Below, one piece after another: positions 51,901-64,000 of a DNA stretch of 64,000 bases. The notes beneath the pieces are model-generated. The model was not told the DNA's origin and did not search any database. It saw only the letters and a list, made by a program, of their open reading frames with translations. The stretch lies in contig NMRA01000052.1 in NCBI GenBank assembly GCA_002633005.1, positions 274,613 through 338,612 on the forward strand. The letters run 5' to 3'. Source of the DNA: Phoronis australis. Its lineage: Eukaryota > Animalia > Phoronida. Position 1 is the first letter of the stretch; every line of letters starts with the position of its first letter. A program made the translations under genes and the position numbers.

Positions 51901-54900
51901 ATTACAACATGTTTCCTATAGTCTTGCTTTTACTAAAATAACAATGCAACATGGAAAATATTGTCCAGGTCTATGTCTTACATTGATGTTAATGACTGTG
52001 TTCCAGATTTGCTTAATCAATGAAAGTCCTATATTCCTCAAGTTGAATCCACAAGGAAGACAGAGTTCAGACGTAAGTACAAAGCGTGCAGTCACTTTAC
52101 GTGAGAAGGACCTCGGTCTGCTGTTTGAGTCTATTTGTACAAATTTTGGCTATGCAACATAGATAGTCATGTGCTAAGTGAAAAAGAATAGTGCAGCTGG
52201 TGTGATAGACGTTGCACTGGACATGTGGTGACAGCTCAGTTAGGCCCACTGCACCAAACACTTGAAACTATTTTTACATTTATTAACATTCACGTATACA
52301 CAAATTAAGACTCAATGGTCAAGCTGTGGTGTCCAGTGAACTTAAAAGGTGAATGGAGAATTTTTTCTGATTGAAACCATGGCAAACAGTTTCCTATAAC
52401 ATCAGTATGCAGCTTGAAATGCGTTGTTTAGGGTTTTATCTTATAAACTTTAGGGTTGTTATCTTATGAACACATGGATGGCTGACTCTGATAATTATTT
52501 CTGCCTATTGCTGGCATAGTATGATATTTAACATTAACTTGATAATTATTTCTGCCTATTGCTGGCATAGTATGATATTTAACATTAACTTATATGCCTA
52601 GTAACATCTGCGAAGTTTGTAATACATTTTTTTCTTCTCACTTTCAGCTGCCCATTTCTTTCTATGAATCTGTCATTGATCTTGTCAATGGTCAGGTAAG
52701 TCACTGTTGAGACAACGCAAATGGTGTTTGGTGTTCATCTGCTGATGCTCATCCCAATATTATATTTGAAGGTCACACATTTTCAACTTCTGTCGAGACC
52801 TTGGGCACATGAGTTTTTCCATTCACAAATTGATGAAAAACTTGAGTAGGGCCGTCCCGGATTTCTCAGCAACACTCGAATCTCACTGCATATACCTGCA
52901 ATGCTGTTAACATCCGTCAGGCACAGCTTGCTGCCTCATCTTTGTGCCACTGGAGTTTCACGTGTAATTTGTTGTCTGATTCTTTACAAGTTTTTCTCCG
53001 TTGCATTACTCTATTCGTCCAATGCCAACGAAGTATTATTTCTGTGCTGTTGACGTGAGAAAGTTTGATAAACTGGACAAATAACCGTGGGTGCGTGATC
53101 TGGAATTCTTTGCCCTCCCGACATCAATAGAGTGACACGAAAATACGCCTGATTTCCAAAACGAGGTCACGCGCTTTCTTATCTCCGGGACAAAGGAGAG
53201 CTCTATCGCCTTGTAATCCGGGATGGCCCTATTGATTAAGCTGCCAGGAAAAGGCATGACAGTGAACCCGCACCTAGTGTCAAAAACCAACTTTTGAATT
53301 AGACCACATACTGTTACTAAATTGGTCTCTCTCTCATCTTGTTCTTTACTGTGATTGGAAATCATTTCTAGATTTGAGAAGATTTATGTGGCCCGTTAGT
53401 GCCTCAGATGCGAGTCCGCTAAGTAGGTTGTCATTGCGTGTTAGTTTCAGCCACCAGGGTAGTGTGGCCGACGGGCATTTCAGGAGATGTATTGTAACTG
53501 ATTTTGCTTTCAACAAACGAACTTTGCAAAAGCAAAATTGCACTTGGGGGTGAAGCGGGTATTTTATGATTATAGCTTAAGTGAATGATTTATAATAAAG
53601 TTTTATGTTTGCACAAATCTCCTTGCAGGCTACCATGTTGTTCATTGAGCTACAGTATACACTGGCTACAGAGGAAGCTGAGCGTATTGGTGTGGACCAT
53701 GTGGCCAGAGTGTCGAATGTAGAGTTTAGTGAGAGGTCATTAGGTCAGTGAACCTTAAGAGTTCAGTGAGAGGTCATTAGGTCAGTGAACCTTAAGAGTT
53801 CAGTGAGAGGTCATTAGGTCAGTGAACCTTAAGAGTTCAGTGAGAGGTCATTAGGTCAGTGAATCTTAAGTTACTTAACCGTAGTGTGTACTAACTGAGG
53901 TCGGGGTCATGTTCATTCTTGGGTCACAAGGAATTTAGGTAGCTTATAATTGTCCGCATAAAGAACCTACAGAAAGTCACGGAGTAATTTGCATTGGTCA
54001 TGTTGATGAAAATGGCATGGCTCGGACTGTTTCACTGTATGGTGCAAACATTGATATTATTGAAGGGCCGAGAAAGGGATTTGAGTTAACTTTGCAGAAG
54101 CATTATCTGACTCATGTTTTGAGATTTTTTATTTTCCCTCACTATATCCTTGTGCTCAATGTTTACTGCCAGGTTTTTGTCAGTAGTTTTGCAAACCAAA
54201 TGTGTTGGCCAAATACACAAACACTTGACATGTCAACATTTGTAGGTCGTGTAACGAAGCTGTGACTCCCTTGCTACAGTACAGACCCAACATTGCCCAT
54301 CTTCTAAAACCTAATTACCTTAGATCTATTTTATGTTTCAGTGTCTGAACACCTCAGTGCCCAGCACAGTGCCATCAAGATGCTACATAGTCGCGTCAAG
54401 CTCATTCTCCAATATGTCAAAGCAGTAGAGTCAGGTACATCATTTTTGTACCCTACGCCAGTTTTATAAAGTGTACCTTTGATCTTTTTAAAGGCCTGCG
54501 CTGTGCCATTCGTAAAAATCGTCGTTTTCCTTTGTATCAGCTCTTTAATCTAATTCTTGGTTATGGCAAGAATCACGGTGAATATGGGATTTATTCGATA
54601 GTGAAGTTTGTGACATCACCCAAATGGCGTTGCATGGTACTTTAAAGGCACAACATACCCGAACTTTTCCGGTGCTTTGTATACATATAAGCACATAGAA
54701 CTTGCACTGTTACTGGAATGAAACTCTGCTTTTATCGTCACCTCAGTATGCTAATATCAAACAATCTGCTGATGTCTGGCTATGCTGAAAACAATCCTGG
54801 AGTGTAGCGACTGTTGCCACAACTGCAACAAACACACACCGTCTGCTCCATTGTCTGTTCATGATGTCATGTGGCGCGAATTTACTAGGTTGTCTATTTA

Positions 54901-56354
54901 TAGAACACATTGCCAGTGAGCAATCGCAGTGGTCTGAGGAGGTTGGTCTGTCTTGTATGTGACTTTGCAAGTCATAGTTTGAGGATGTTTGACCTTGACC
55001 TTACATCTTTAAGTACCATTGTTGTTATCCTGTGAACATCCTTCTGCAACAATTCGTAATGTGATGCAGTATGCCATGAGGTTAATGTCATCGCATATAT
55101 ACCTTTTATGAAATGGTGTTGTGATACGTTTGCGCTTGCATAATCCAACACGTCTGCCATGTACAAAAAATATGCTGAAATTACTGTTGCTACACTTAAC
55201 TTGTAAGGTGCTGTAGGAATTACATGAGATGGCTTTCTTGTTCAAATTTTGTGCTTAGTTAATTTTGGCTTAAACGTGTGAGGAAATATTGTCAGAAAAC
55301 TAGTGTTGGCATATCACTGTGGACATTTTTGTTAATTGTTGTCATAGATTTACTAGCCTTTGTATGTCTATTTTTGTCCTGCAGGTGAATTACCTAGAAA
55401 TCACGAGATTTTACGTGAAGCCTACAGCTTATGTCACAGGTTACCAGTACTGAGTACAGAAAAGTTCAGGGAGGATTTCTATAGTGTAAGTACATCATAG
55501 GGCTCGGGGTTGCCATCTTTGGGTTCTAGTGTTTGTAATGGACCAGGCTTTGCAGGTTATGAGGCTGGTCAAGAGAATGAAAGGATTAATATTAAAAGTC
55601 CCAAGAATGTTTCATTACTGTATGAATTAAGGGAGCCCCAATTAAATCCAGCGTAGTGCTAGTTAATCAAAACTGCAAACCTCAAAGTGGTATGAATAAA
55701 ATTAGGTGCCGTGAAATGTGTAGTTATGAATGGTTACTTTCAGTATTAAAGAACCAAACAGGAGAGTTCCAACCCACCCCAAAACATGAACAAAAACAAT
55801 ATTATAGTTTCAAAAACGGCACTAGGTGGGGCTTTGAGCTGATGATTAAAAATTGTTAACTCAAACTATATTTTTATTTATTCATTTCTCAGAATTCTAG
55901 ATTACAACACACCATAAACAGATGTGTATATTAATAAATGAAAAATGGTTTCAGGTGTTTGGTGCTATGGGCCGGGATGAGCGGCCTGTTTACATCTGAT
56001 ATAAAGCGTATCAGTTCACCTGCGTTATTTGTTTTAAACCGCACCACACTGATCTACTGTTATGATATGATTCACTTCTCAATAACTTGCAGACCAAGTG
56101 CACTAGTTTTCAAAAAAATAGTGTCCGTCTTAGACGAACTATGGCGCTAACTTGAAAGAAACCTGATGGAGAAGTAATACCGACCTTGCAATTTGCTCAT
56201 TTTGTCTTTCCAGCAATGTAACGATGTCAGCCTGTTGACGTATCTCGGAGCAGTGACGAAAAGCTGTAACACTATTTGTCAGTTTGTGGCCAAGTTCAAC
56301 ACGCTCTACGACAGGCAAGGTCTGGGCAGGAGAACGCGAGGGCTGTTCTTCTAA
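48771..56354 (+). CDS. COPS6: COP9 signalosome subunit 6 (MPN- domain), 313 aa, 9 coding exons
   Basis: join(48771..48927,50222..50353,51206..51294,52007..52072,52648..52695,53629..53743,54342..54434,55385..55485,56214..56354) = 942 nt. Motifs [59 protein letters not shown]-terminal [14 protein letters not shown]. Confidence 0.97.
50222..50353 (+). CDS. COPS6: COPS6 exon 2
   Basis: [21 protein letters not shown]...EYYNTKEEQ. Confidence 0.95.
51206..51294 (+). CDS. COPS6: COPS6 exon 3
   Basis: [29 protein letters not shown]. Confidence 0.95.
52007..52072 (+). CDS. COPS6: COPS6 exon 4
   Basis: [22 protein letters not shown]. Confidence 0.94.
52489..52590 (+). repeat. Perfect 2 x 51-bp tandem duplication in COPS6 intron 4
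   Basis: tgataattatttctgcctattgctggcatagtatgatatttaacattaact twice. Confidence 0.95.
52648..52695 (+). CDS. COPS6: COPS6 exon 5
   Basis: [16 protein letters not shown]. Confidence 0.93.
52860..53580 (+). mobile_element. L2/CR1-clade LINE 3' remnant in COPS6 intron 5
   Basis: [10 protein letters not shown] (53086-53115) then frameshifted [10 protein letters not shown] resembles the ..RG..LWNSLP..I...F...L C-terminus of L2/CR1 ORF2; boundaries approximate. Confidence 0.55.
53629..53743 (+). CDS. COPS6: COPS6 exon 6
   Basis: [38 protein letters not shown]; donor GTCAGT. Confidence 0.93.
53721..53868 (+). repeat. 4 x 37-bp tandem repeat spanning the COPS6 exon 6 donor
   Basis: agagttYagtgagaggtcattaggtcagtgaaYctta x4, no spacers. 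Confidence 0.95.
54342..54434 (+). CDS. COPS6: COPS6 exon 7
   Basis: [30 protein letters not shown]. Confidence 0.95.
55385..55485 (+). CDS. COPS6: COPS6 exon 8
   Basis: [33 protein letters not shown]. Confidence 0.95.
56214..56354 (+). CDS. COPS6: COPS6 exon 9 (terminal)
   Basis: [46 protein letters not shown]. Confidence 0.96.
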   Translation, partial: QCNDVSLLTYLGAVTKSCNTICQFVAKFNTLYDRQGLGRRTRGLFF

Positions 56355-57045
56355 GTGGAAGGAATGTAAGACGAACTTCCGTAGCCACCACAAATAGTGC
56401 TCCAGGGATGTTGATGCCACTTAAGTTATCATGCTCTTCTTCATCTAAGTAGAAATATTATAAGACAGGACTCTGCGATCACTGGAACTAGTGTTCCTAT
56501 GACCTTAAGGCCGTTTAGTCATCAGGTTCTTCTAAGCTGAAGGCGTGCAGGACAAGGTTCTTTGAACAACATCAGAACTCGGTCCAAGCATGTGACAATG
56601 AGCCTGGTCAACAGCTTTTGCTCACTTACAATGCTCCATTCCAGAAGTATCGAAGTCACATGGACTGCATACGTGTTGGTTTGATTACAGCAAACTTCGG
56701 TTATAACAAACTTTTTAGAAAATCCCCTGGATGGTTAGTTGCAATGCGATCTGACTGCAGTACTCTTGTCACATCGATGTTCATTGGTCACCAAGTTTGG
56801 CGTACTCTACATCAGGCAAAGCTTTAAGAGGCGAATGTCGAGTTCGTATGAACTGAGATGACTTCAGAATGTGAATATGGCTTTTTGAATGCAAAACGCC
56901 AACCATTCTTGAAATTATATTGAATTGTTATAAAGAATATGTTTGGGGACGATCTAAAATATGCAACCTTTGAAGGGAAAGTTTTCTGTTTTCTCTTCAC
57001 CAGGAATTGATGCTTCAAATGTCAGGTGTACCTTCCATCCTGCTA

Positions 57046-57305
57046 CAGTGCGTGCCAAAAGTAATAAGACTAAGTGACCCAGAATTCCCCATGTTAATGG
57101 CTAGGCAGAAGCCGAATTTGTGGACATAGTACCCTTCCCTCATGTCCAAGAATATTGGGTGGATTAACAGGAGTTATTAAGGTGACTGGCTAAACCATTC
57201 TGTAAATAGAATGTTGCCGCAAAAACGTATCATTTTTGCTGTTAACGGAATTTTCGTTCATGATGGGGAAACAGTATTTAGTCTTATTGCTTTTGTCTTG
57301 CATTA
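57046..57305. mobile_element. Tc1-type MITE in the putative COPS6 3' UTR
   Basis: TA|cagtgcgtgccaaaagtaataagactaa ... ttagtcttattgcttttgtcttgcatt. Confidence 0.65.
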
Positions 57306-57695
57306 CATGGATGTTCGAGTGCATGCTTTGAGGTGATATTTAAACCTATGCATTTTGGGACAGCGGGTTCTTTTTTGGACTAGTGACGTTCGCACATATC
57401 CTTCGGCCTCAAACTTGGACTGTAGATGTGAACGATTTTTGTTTCCTGCTTAAACACACAAATAGGACTGCACGTACCATTTGAAGGGCAATATTTGAAG
57501 CGGGTATACTGGAACTAGATTGATGTGTACAACTCTAAGCAAGGTTACCATTAGAATGGCGTTGTGATGAACAGATGTCTGCTTCATCTGATTGTTATCA
57601 ATGCTATTTGTTACACTAATCTCGGTTTTCTAAATGAACAGAAAAATGAACTTGTTGGTTGTATTTCCATTATGTTGTTCATGAGAGGATAAATA

Positions 57696-57727
57696 ATTAA
57701 AACCGTATGAATTTTTATAATTTTATT
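57696..57727. terminator. Candidate convergent poly(A) signals: ATTAAA (+, COPS6) and AATAAA (-, SLC6)
   Basis: attaaa at 57696-57701 and tttatt at 57722-57727, where plus-strand composition switches from T-rich to A-rich. Confidence 0.4.
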
Positions 57728-59601
57728 TTATCATTACAAAGTAACAAACTGACTATGTACATTAACTTAAAATCACCGTGGTAACTAAAACTGGAATGCT
57801 TGTTTAAAATATCAACAGAAATCAACATGACCAAATAAATATTCGCAGTGACTTCACATATTCCAATGTGTAAAAAGTACTGTCTACGTGTAAAGCCACA
57901 TGGTACGACTCAGCAAGTCAATTGTAACATTTTTTTTGCACAAAATGACATTATCACTTTATGTCCTACACATACTTTCTCTGCTCAATGACTACAAAAA
58001 ATCTGCATCATTTTCAATTACCAAGACAATCGTAGAAAGCATTCGAAACGCTCGAGAGTACGAGAGGGCCTATAGTAATGAATGACGGGGGCATTTAGCA
58101 CAGTATATATATGAGACGCATATTATTGGATTTTCTGCCTGGTAGCTAACACCAACCACTGGAAGAAATCTCGGTTTAAAGAGTGAAACTCTGGCAAAAT
58201 GGTAGGTGAGGACAGCTGAAACAGAAAAACATTGAAAAGCTAGTTGACGAGCACGACAGCACAATGTCTATGCAGTTGACCACTAAATCCAAGTTATCCA
58301 GTGTCAAACATACAAAGGTCTTGACCTAACGTGCACAAATGTTTAAATAGAAAAAATATGGTGTGAAAACTTAACTTAAAAAACGCCCCTGAACTAAATG
58401 TGATGTATTATCCCACCAATTTATGACACAATACGACAAAATCTAATTTTTTCATGAAAGATATGTAGTTATCATCAGATACCGTTTCGAGAAATCGTGG
58501 ACACTCGCAACGACATAAGCTTTAGAAAAATGAAAAAGGCCGATTTTGGCTATTGTTTTTGTCAGAAATTGGTGAGATTTTTAACGTAATACTTTTCTGA
58601 GTATTTTGTTGTTCATAATACTTTATGGTGTACTAGTCAATATGTTATCATTCCAACAAAATACTGGTTGTTCAGAGACTGATAAAGACCGCTTGCATCA
58701 CAGTACTCCATTGTGCACATAGTTATTGCCAATAGAATCCTCAGAACGTCTACATGCTAACAACTTAGAATTATCCATCAAATAACCGTTGATGTTATGT
58801 AAGACGATATTGACAAATCGGTGTATTTATCCTTATATCTGTATAACTTTAAAAGTATTTATGCCACAATATCAGCCTGGAATGGCCACTACAACTGTTG
58901 AATAACCCATTCAGTTATTCAATGCACGTTGAATAATATTTTGGCGGAAACCCGAGGGCAGTTTCGAACACGCTTCGCAAGAATTCCGAGTCGTGGAATT
59001 AACCGCTGTGCCACTCAGCAGCTGATGTCATCAAACGTGAAAATAGAATACTTATAAATGAGAACGCACAATAATCGGGTGTTCAACAAACGGCACTGCG
59101 CCAACATTTATACCCTATGAAAAATAAGACTAACAATTTCAATAAAAACAATATCTTTAATTCAGTCATTTTCTCTCACTTGTAAATCATCGATCTCCAG
59201 TTTGAATGCGGGTATCGTGTCGTCGGGATCCTTTGACTTGGACCAATACTCAGTAACCAATGGTAACCTACTTTAACAGGCAATATTTTGATGGTAGAAG
59301 CTTAGAATGATAAGATGTATAGTAAGCTAGACTAGTTGCTTAAAACTTATAATTACTCGGGCGACAATTCTCCAAAATCCACTCAGGCTCTAGATTACGG
59401 GAGATAACGCCACATGTTGGCCACATCGTTTGACCTCATTTCTCACCTACGTTACACACGAGGACTTAACTTCACTTCGGAAGATTTTGTTGGAACATTA
59501 TTGACATTTCTACTCTTTAAAAAATCTAAATTAATGTTTTCTTGTCACTGAACACATTTATATCACAATATTGCTTTGACACCAGCCACGAACACTTGCT
59601 A

Positions 59602-60113
59602 TCATAATTGCGACATCTCCACAGCAGTAGCGTCCATTTTATCTGTCGCTTCAGTCTTGACTGATGGAACATCGATGAAGAAAATATTCGGGTGAACGTC
59701 CACACAGACTTGTGATATGTTTGCAGACTTCTCACTCCTAGACGACGTACTCGCCGTACTGTGTTTAGACTTCATCGACCTCTGACCCTTTTTATCAAGA
59801 GATCGCGAAGAACATGGAATGCAATCGTCACTTGGCTGCGTTTTAGTCACTAACATGTCAGATGTTACATTACACTGCGATACTGTTTCATGGTAGTTTA
59901 TGTCTGTCACAAGCGTGCACGATTCTTCGCTAACCACAGGCGCCTCCTGGAGGAAGACATTGTCATCATCATCATCTTCATCACCACCATCTTTATCATC
60001 ATCATCAACTGGATCCGTTTGGATGCACTGATCCCTGGTTGTCACCGCAGGTCTATTCTTGGGAACTAGGATGTAGTCGTCGTTGTCTCCAACATATAAT
60101 ACTGAAACATCAA
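59602..60113 (-). CDS. SLC6 terminal exon (acidic, Ser/Thr-rich tail)
   Basis: Open frame within ORF 59602..60204, ends ...AVEMSQL*; an in-frame alternative acceptor lies 12 nt downstream. Confidence 0.7.
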
Positions 60114-63100
60114 CTGAATTAAATAAGGTTCTATTCAAATTAGACTGTGGAAAAAAGCATCTCACAAAAATCCGTTTGACTGTTTTTAATATAAATATAA
60201 TCATACAGTGAAAAACAGTACTTTTAACTAATAAATAATGCTTTTACGGAAGATTTTATGGCTTCGTCATAACTAAGACATTGTTTTAACATTAAAATGT
60301 CCACGTAACTAGAATCAAAACTACGTAGACTGTCAGAAAAGCATTCAAAGCTGCAGTTGAACCTCTTTAACTGGCTGAAAAACAATAGTCAAATTAGGCT
60401 TTTTACTCATAAAAAATCGGTCTCATAATATTCCTGCTGCGATAGGATTCTACTTCCGCTACAAACTCAAGTCACAGCCACTGCTCACATTTTCTAATTG
60501 AAATTTTTTTGTTCACCAAGCTCCGCTAAACTTGAGCATTTTCTTGATGTGCTGATGGTTGTTGGTGTTTTTGTAGGTATAATGGAAACACAGTCTTGTC
60601 ACAGTGAGGCCATGTATTACAAGTCCGATTTTTCGAAAGTAAAGGGCAAATATTAATTTTCGTTCTTCGGCCAACTAAACGCGAAAAATTCAGCATTAAA
60701 CAAGAATCGTCCATTTAGTTAAGTGCAAACTGAATTGACTTCTGTTTTTCATCTTTTTACCTGACACATCTGCTCATTACATAAGTTACATCACACACTA
60801 AGTAAATTTACCTTTTGGCAAGGCGGGATATTTTGACGAGGAATCCGACTCTGTTTTCTCCATCTGCCATTGAATGGTCTTCTGACGCACTTCTTCCAAG
60901 GTGGGCTGTGAGTACAGTCTAGCAGTGGAGTTGGCCAGTGTGGCTAGACGGCCGATGCTGAAGCTCTGCAGATTCTTGGTGCGCTCTACGGTGAAAGAGA
61001 AATGATGTACACATTAAGTATAACTTGTGGAAATGTTCGTTGCATGCAAACTAGTTTTTAATCAAGACGATGACTGTTTAGGTTGCAAATCAGCTTTAAA
61101 TTGTGCTATTCAATTGCCATTTTCCACTTATCATCTTGTATATAGGCACACAAGTGATTAAGTTTTTGAAATGTAATTGCATGACAACTTCTGAACTCTT
61201 CAAACAAAGTGACAAAACAACACATTATGTAGTAATCTTTATTTTGGCTGAGAAATTTGAGACACCTCATTTCCATTTTTCTGACATTTTGTGTCCTAAA
61301 TTATAGAATTAATCTTTGCTGTAATAGATGATTCCACGCTTACGAGGTGGAGCTAATGAAAAAAGCATCCTATTTTGATTATTTAACGCAGTAGATTAAA
61401 CCTACTTATCATCATGGGAACGTTCGTGGAATAAGGAAACCATGTGAGATAAACGCGTGCAATTTTACACTTAGCACTGCTGTTCCACTAGCGCCAAATA
61501 GTGGATTTCAATCTCCTCAATCTGCACATTGAAAAGCATATTAATCACTTGAGAGTCTGCAGAGAAAAATATCCTGCAACATCAATGTTCAACAATTAAT
61601 TCAAATATCACAATTTCTTTTATAAACTTTATAAAAATTTCACCAGTTCTGCACATACCGGCTACAGGCGCAATACCTTTGAACGAGCCATTGTCAGCTG
61701 AACTGCTCTCTGCATAGCCATAGTTGGGCATACCAGGTAGACAGGACATGTAATAACGGAACACCTCCAGAGCTGGGCCCCACTCCTTTGTTGGTGTACA
61801 CGAACTTTTGAATCTCTGGAAAACCAAGTTCGATTATAACAATGTACGGTGAAATTTCACGAATTTTGTACACAATAAGACCGACAGGTGAAATTTCATT
61901 TAAATAATATACAATGCCAAAACGATGCTTCACCATATTCAAGTTCTGAACTACATAGCTATCAAAAGGCAATGATTTGAAAAATTGTGAGTAATCACAA
62001 CAATATTAAAGACAATACAAAATGAAAATAGAGCAATTTTGGCAATTATTTTTATCTAAAATTGGTGTCAGAGTTTTTACTGTAAATATTTTAAACCAGA
62101 TGTGTTCACTTCAGGGCTTGGCCATGACGAATGACAAAAAAGAGGAAAATTTTACAGATTATAAAGCGTTCTACAAATAAATAGGCTTGCGTGATAGAAA
62201 TGTCTTTTGTGTTGTAAAATTTGACTGAAATAAAGGTTTTTGCACCAATAAAGTCAAAATAATGATAAAAAGAGACTAGAAAGAAGAAACTGGAAATCAA
62301 ATAAGAGGAAATCGAAACCAAAGAGGAAATCCTCTTAAAAGAGGAAAATTCCAAACCCCGTCACTTAAGACTAATGTACAAGAGTAGATGCCAGTGAAGT
62401 CACCCATGCATCTTAGGGAAGACATGGTCATATCTCTTAGAAGGCAGTGTGGCTTTGCCAAATTGAGGAGTGAGACTAGTAGTCTGTTATCAATTAAATT
62501 ATTAATCAGCCAGCTGCAGATTCTAAGGTTAAAGGGAGATTTACCTGTCAGTGATGGAATTCTTAACCAAAGTGCTTTGGGGTTTGATGTTTAAAAACAT
62601 TACCGCGGTTAAATGATCTTGAGTTGCTGCCAGCAATTCAAGTCATAGGCAATGCACAAACACACCATTTTCAAATTTGCAATTTTAGGGTTAACCAAAC
62701 ACAATGAGCAAAAAAGCAATCTTTGAGTCGGTGATGGCTTCACTGTTCTAATTGGTAGTTGCAATCAAGTCCTAGCGTGGTAAGTAATATTATGAGTACG
62801 ATTTTATTTTATTTTATTTTATTTTATTTCATTTGTTTCTTATTTGGCAGCTAAATACTGTTGAGATGTGGTTTTAACCATATATGGTATTAACAAAAAC
62901 AGCAATTAACAATAACGATAAATAACACTAATCAATAAAAATTATCTTCAATTGTAATCCCCAACCTGTAATAAAAACAAGAGGCAATAACTTTTGTCTA
63001 CGACCAAATTAAGAATTTTGGCAATTGAAAAACTTTGAGAATAGTACGACATTTCAGTTCATGTTGGAGTCTTTTTTCCTCATCCACAGACAGTACCAAA

Positions 63101-63460
63101 TGTATTTATATCAACCTTCACCTTTATTACGATATGTGAAATGCCACACAAACAAGTGAATTCTCAATTACGCAAATCAATATCACAAGTCTTCTAAATG
63201 TAGGAGACAAAATTCTTGCGACTATACCTGGCAAAAGGACAGGCTGCAACAAATGAACCCATATTCATTATCCGCTACATTTCTATAATCACCTGTTTTA
63301 TAGAACCTGGTGTACGTATGATATGGTAGGCGCCAAAGCCAGGAATGAGCATGAGAGTAGCTGTAACCATCATCCAACCAATCAGCTCAGCCCAGAAGGG
63401 ATACGTGTAGTTGCCATAGTGAGCCGGAGTGTAATCAACAATACTGAAGATGAGAATGGT
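59602..63460 (-). CDS. SLC6 sodium/chloride-dependent (neurotransmitter/amino acid) transporter, 5'-partial, last 4 coding exons
   Basis: join(63460..63293,61815..61659,60985..60812,60113..59602), phase-consistent. ILIFSIVDYTPAHYGNYTYPFWAELIGWMM..LIPGFGAY..TPGS..RF..TP..EWGPA is the SLC6 TM11-TM12 and WGP signature. Substrate cannot be assigned from this part. Confidence 0.88.
60812..60985 (-). CDS. SLC6 tail exon
   Basis: RTKNLQSFSIGRLATLANSTARLYSQPTLEEVRQKTIQWQMEK...YPALPK; pyrimidine tract + TAG, donor GTAAAT, phase 1-1. Confidence 0.75.
61659..61815 (-). CDS. SLC6 exon (WGP motif)
   Basis: RFKSSCTPTKEWGPALEVFR...GIAPVA; donor GTATGT. Confidence 0.88.
63293..63460 (-). CDS. SLC6 exon (end of TM11 and TM12)
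   Basis: TILIFSIVDYTPAHYGNYTYPFWAELIGWMMVTATLMLIPGFGAYHIIRTPGSIKQ; 168 nt. Confidence 0.93.
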
Positions 63461-63490
63461 CTGCAAGAGAAAGTAAAAAAAAGACAATTA

Positions 63491-63716
63491 CAGTAAAATC
63501 ACACCAATTTCAAACAAAAATAATTACCAAGAATATTTCCCCCATTTCCCATTTTTCAAGGTCTTCTTACGCTGTTGTGAGAGCCCAAAAGATGCGTGAT
63601 GGTAGATATCATACAAAATGCGAGCGCATCAACTTTGTGCAATACATCTTGAAAAAAGACGAAATAAAATTTCAGCTGTCGGCCATATTGTGTCTTAAAT
63701 TGCTGACATTTTACCA
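63491..63716. mobile_element. MITE family B copy
   Basis: TA|cagtaaaatcacaccaattt ... tgtcttaaattgctgacattttac. Confidence 0.62.
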
Positions 63717-64000
63717 TTGTAGTAATGGTCTTGTACATAATGAGTGTTACGGGACTCTATTTCCTTGAATAGCTCTCGATTTAGAAAAGCAGACGTTAAT
63801 AATCATTAAACCATCACAACGTGCAGTGAGTCAGGTGTAATACAGAACCATAACGTCTTGTAAACCTTACTGACCCATGTCCAGCAGTGTAACTTATCAT
63901 CGTACTGGGTTGATAGTCTCTCCCGCATTGCTAGTCCACACAAGGTTTATTTCCCTTTCCACTGCACCTCATCGTATTAAGAACACCCTGAAGCATTTTA

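Noticed and set aside
53721-53868. 37-bp repeats as a CRISPR array
   Set aside because: Units are contiguous with no unique spacers, no cas genes, eukaryotic exon/intron context.

Overview
AT-rich (roughly 37% GC by eye), intron-rich animal genomic DNA; the repeat and gene style suggests a marine invertebrate deuterostome (inference only). Four spliced genes were rebuilt by hand, all with GT-AG introns and consistent exon phases: (1) ESD/S-formylglutathione hydrolase, minus strand, 6 coding exons, running off the left edge; (2) a complete 14-exon, 523-aa uncharacterised amino-acid-permease-like membrane protein, plus strand, head-to-head with ESD; (3) complete 9-exon COPS6, 313 aa; (4) the 3' end of an SLC6 transporter, minus strand, with a ~280-aa tail, tail-to-tail with COPS6. 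Introns hold many MITEs/foldbacks, Helentron-type elements, a decayed hAT transposase, and L1/Tx1, L2/CR1 and Penelope fragments. Two near-identical duplications flank assembly gaps and look like uncollapsed haplotypes that differ by TE insertions. I found no convincing new multi-gene system. The best leads are the orphan permease, an intron splitting the ESD catalytic Ser codon, a tandem repeat that multiplies a COPS6 splice donor, and two different TEs inserted at one site.
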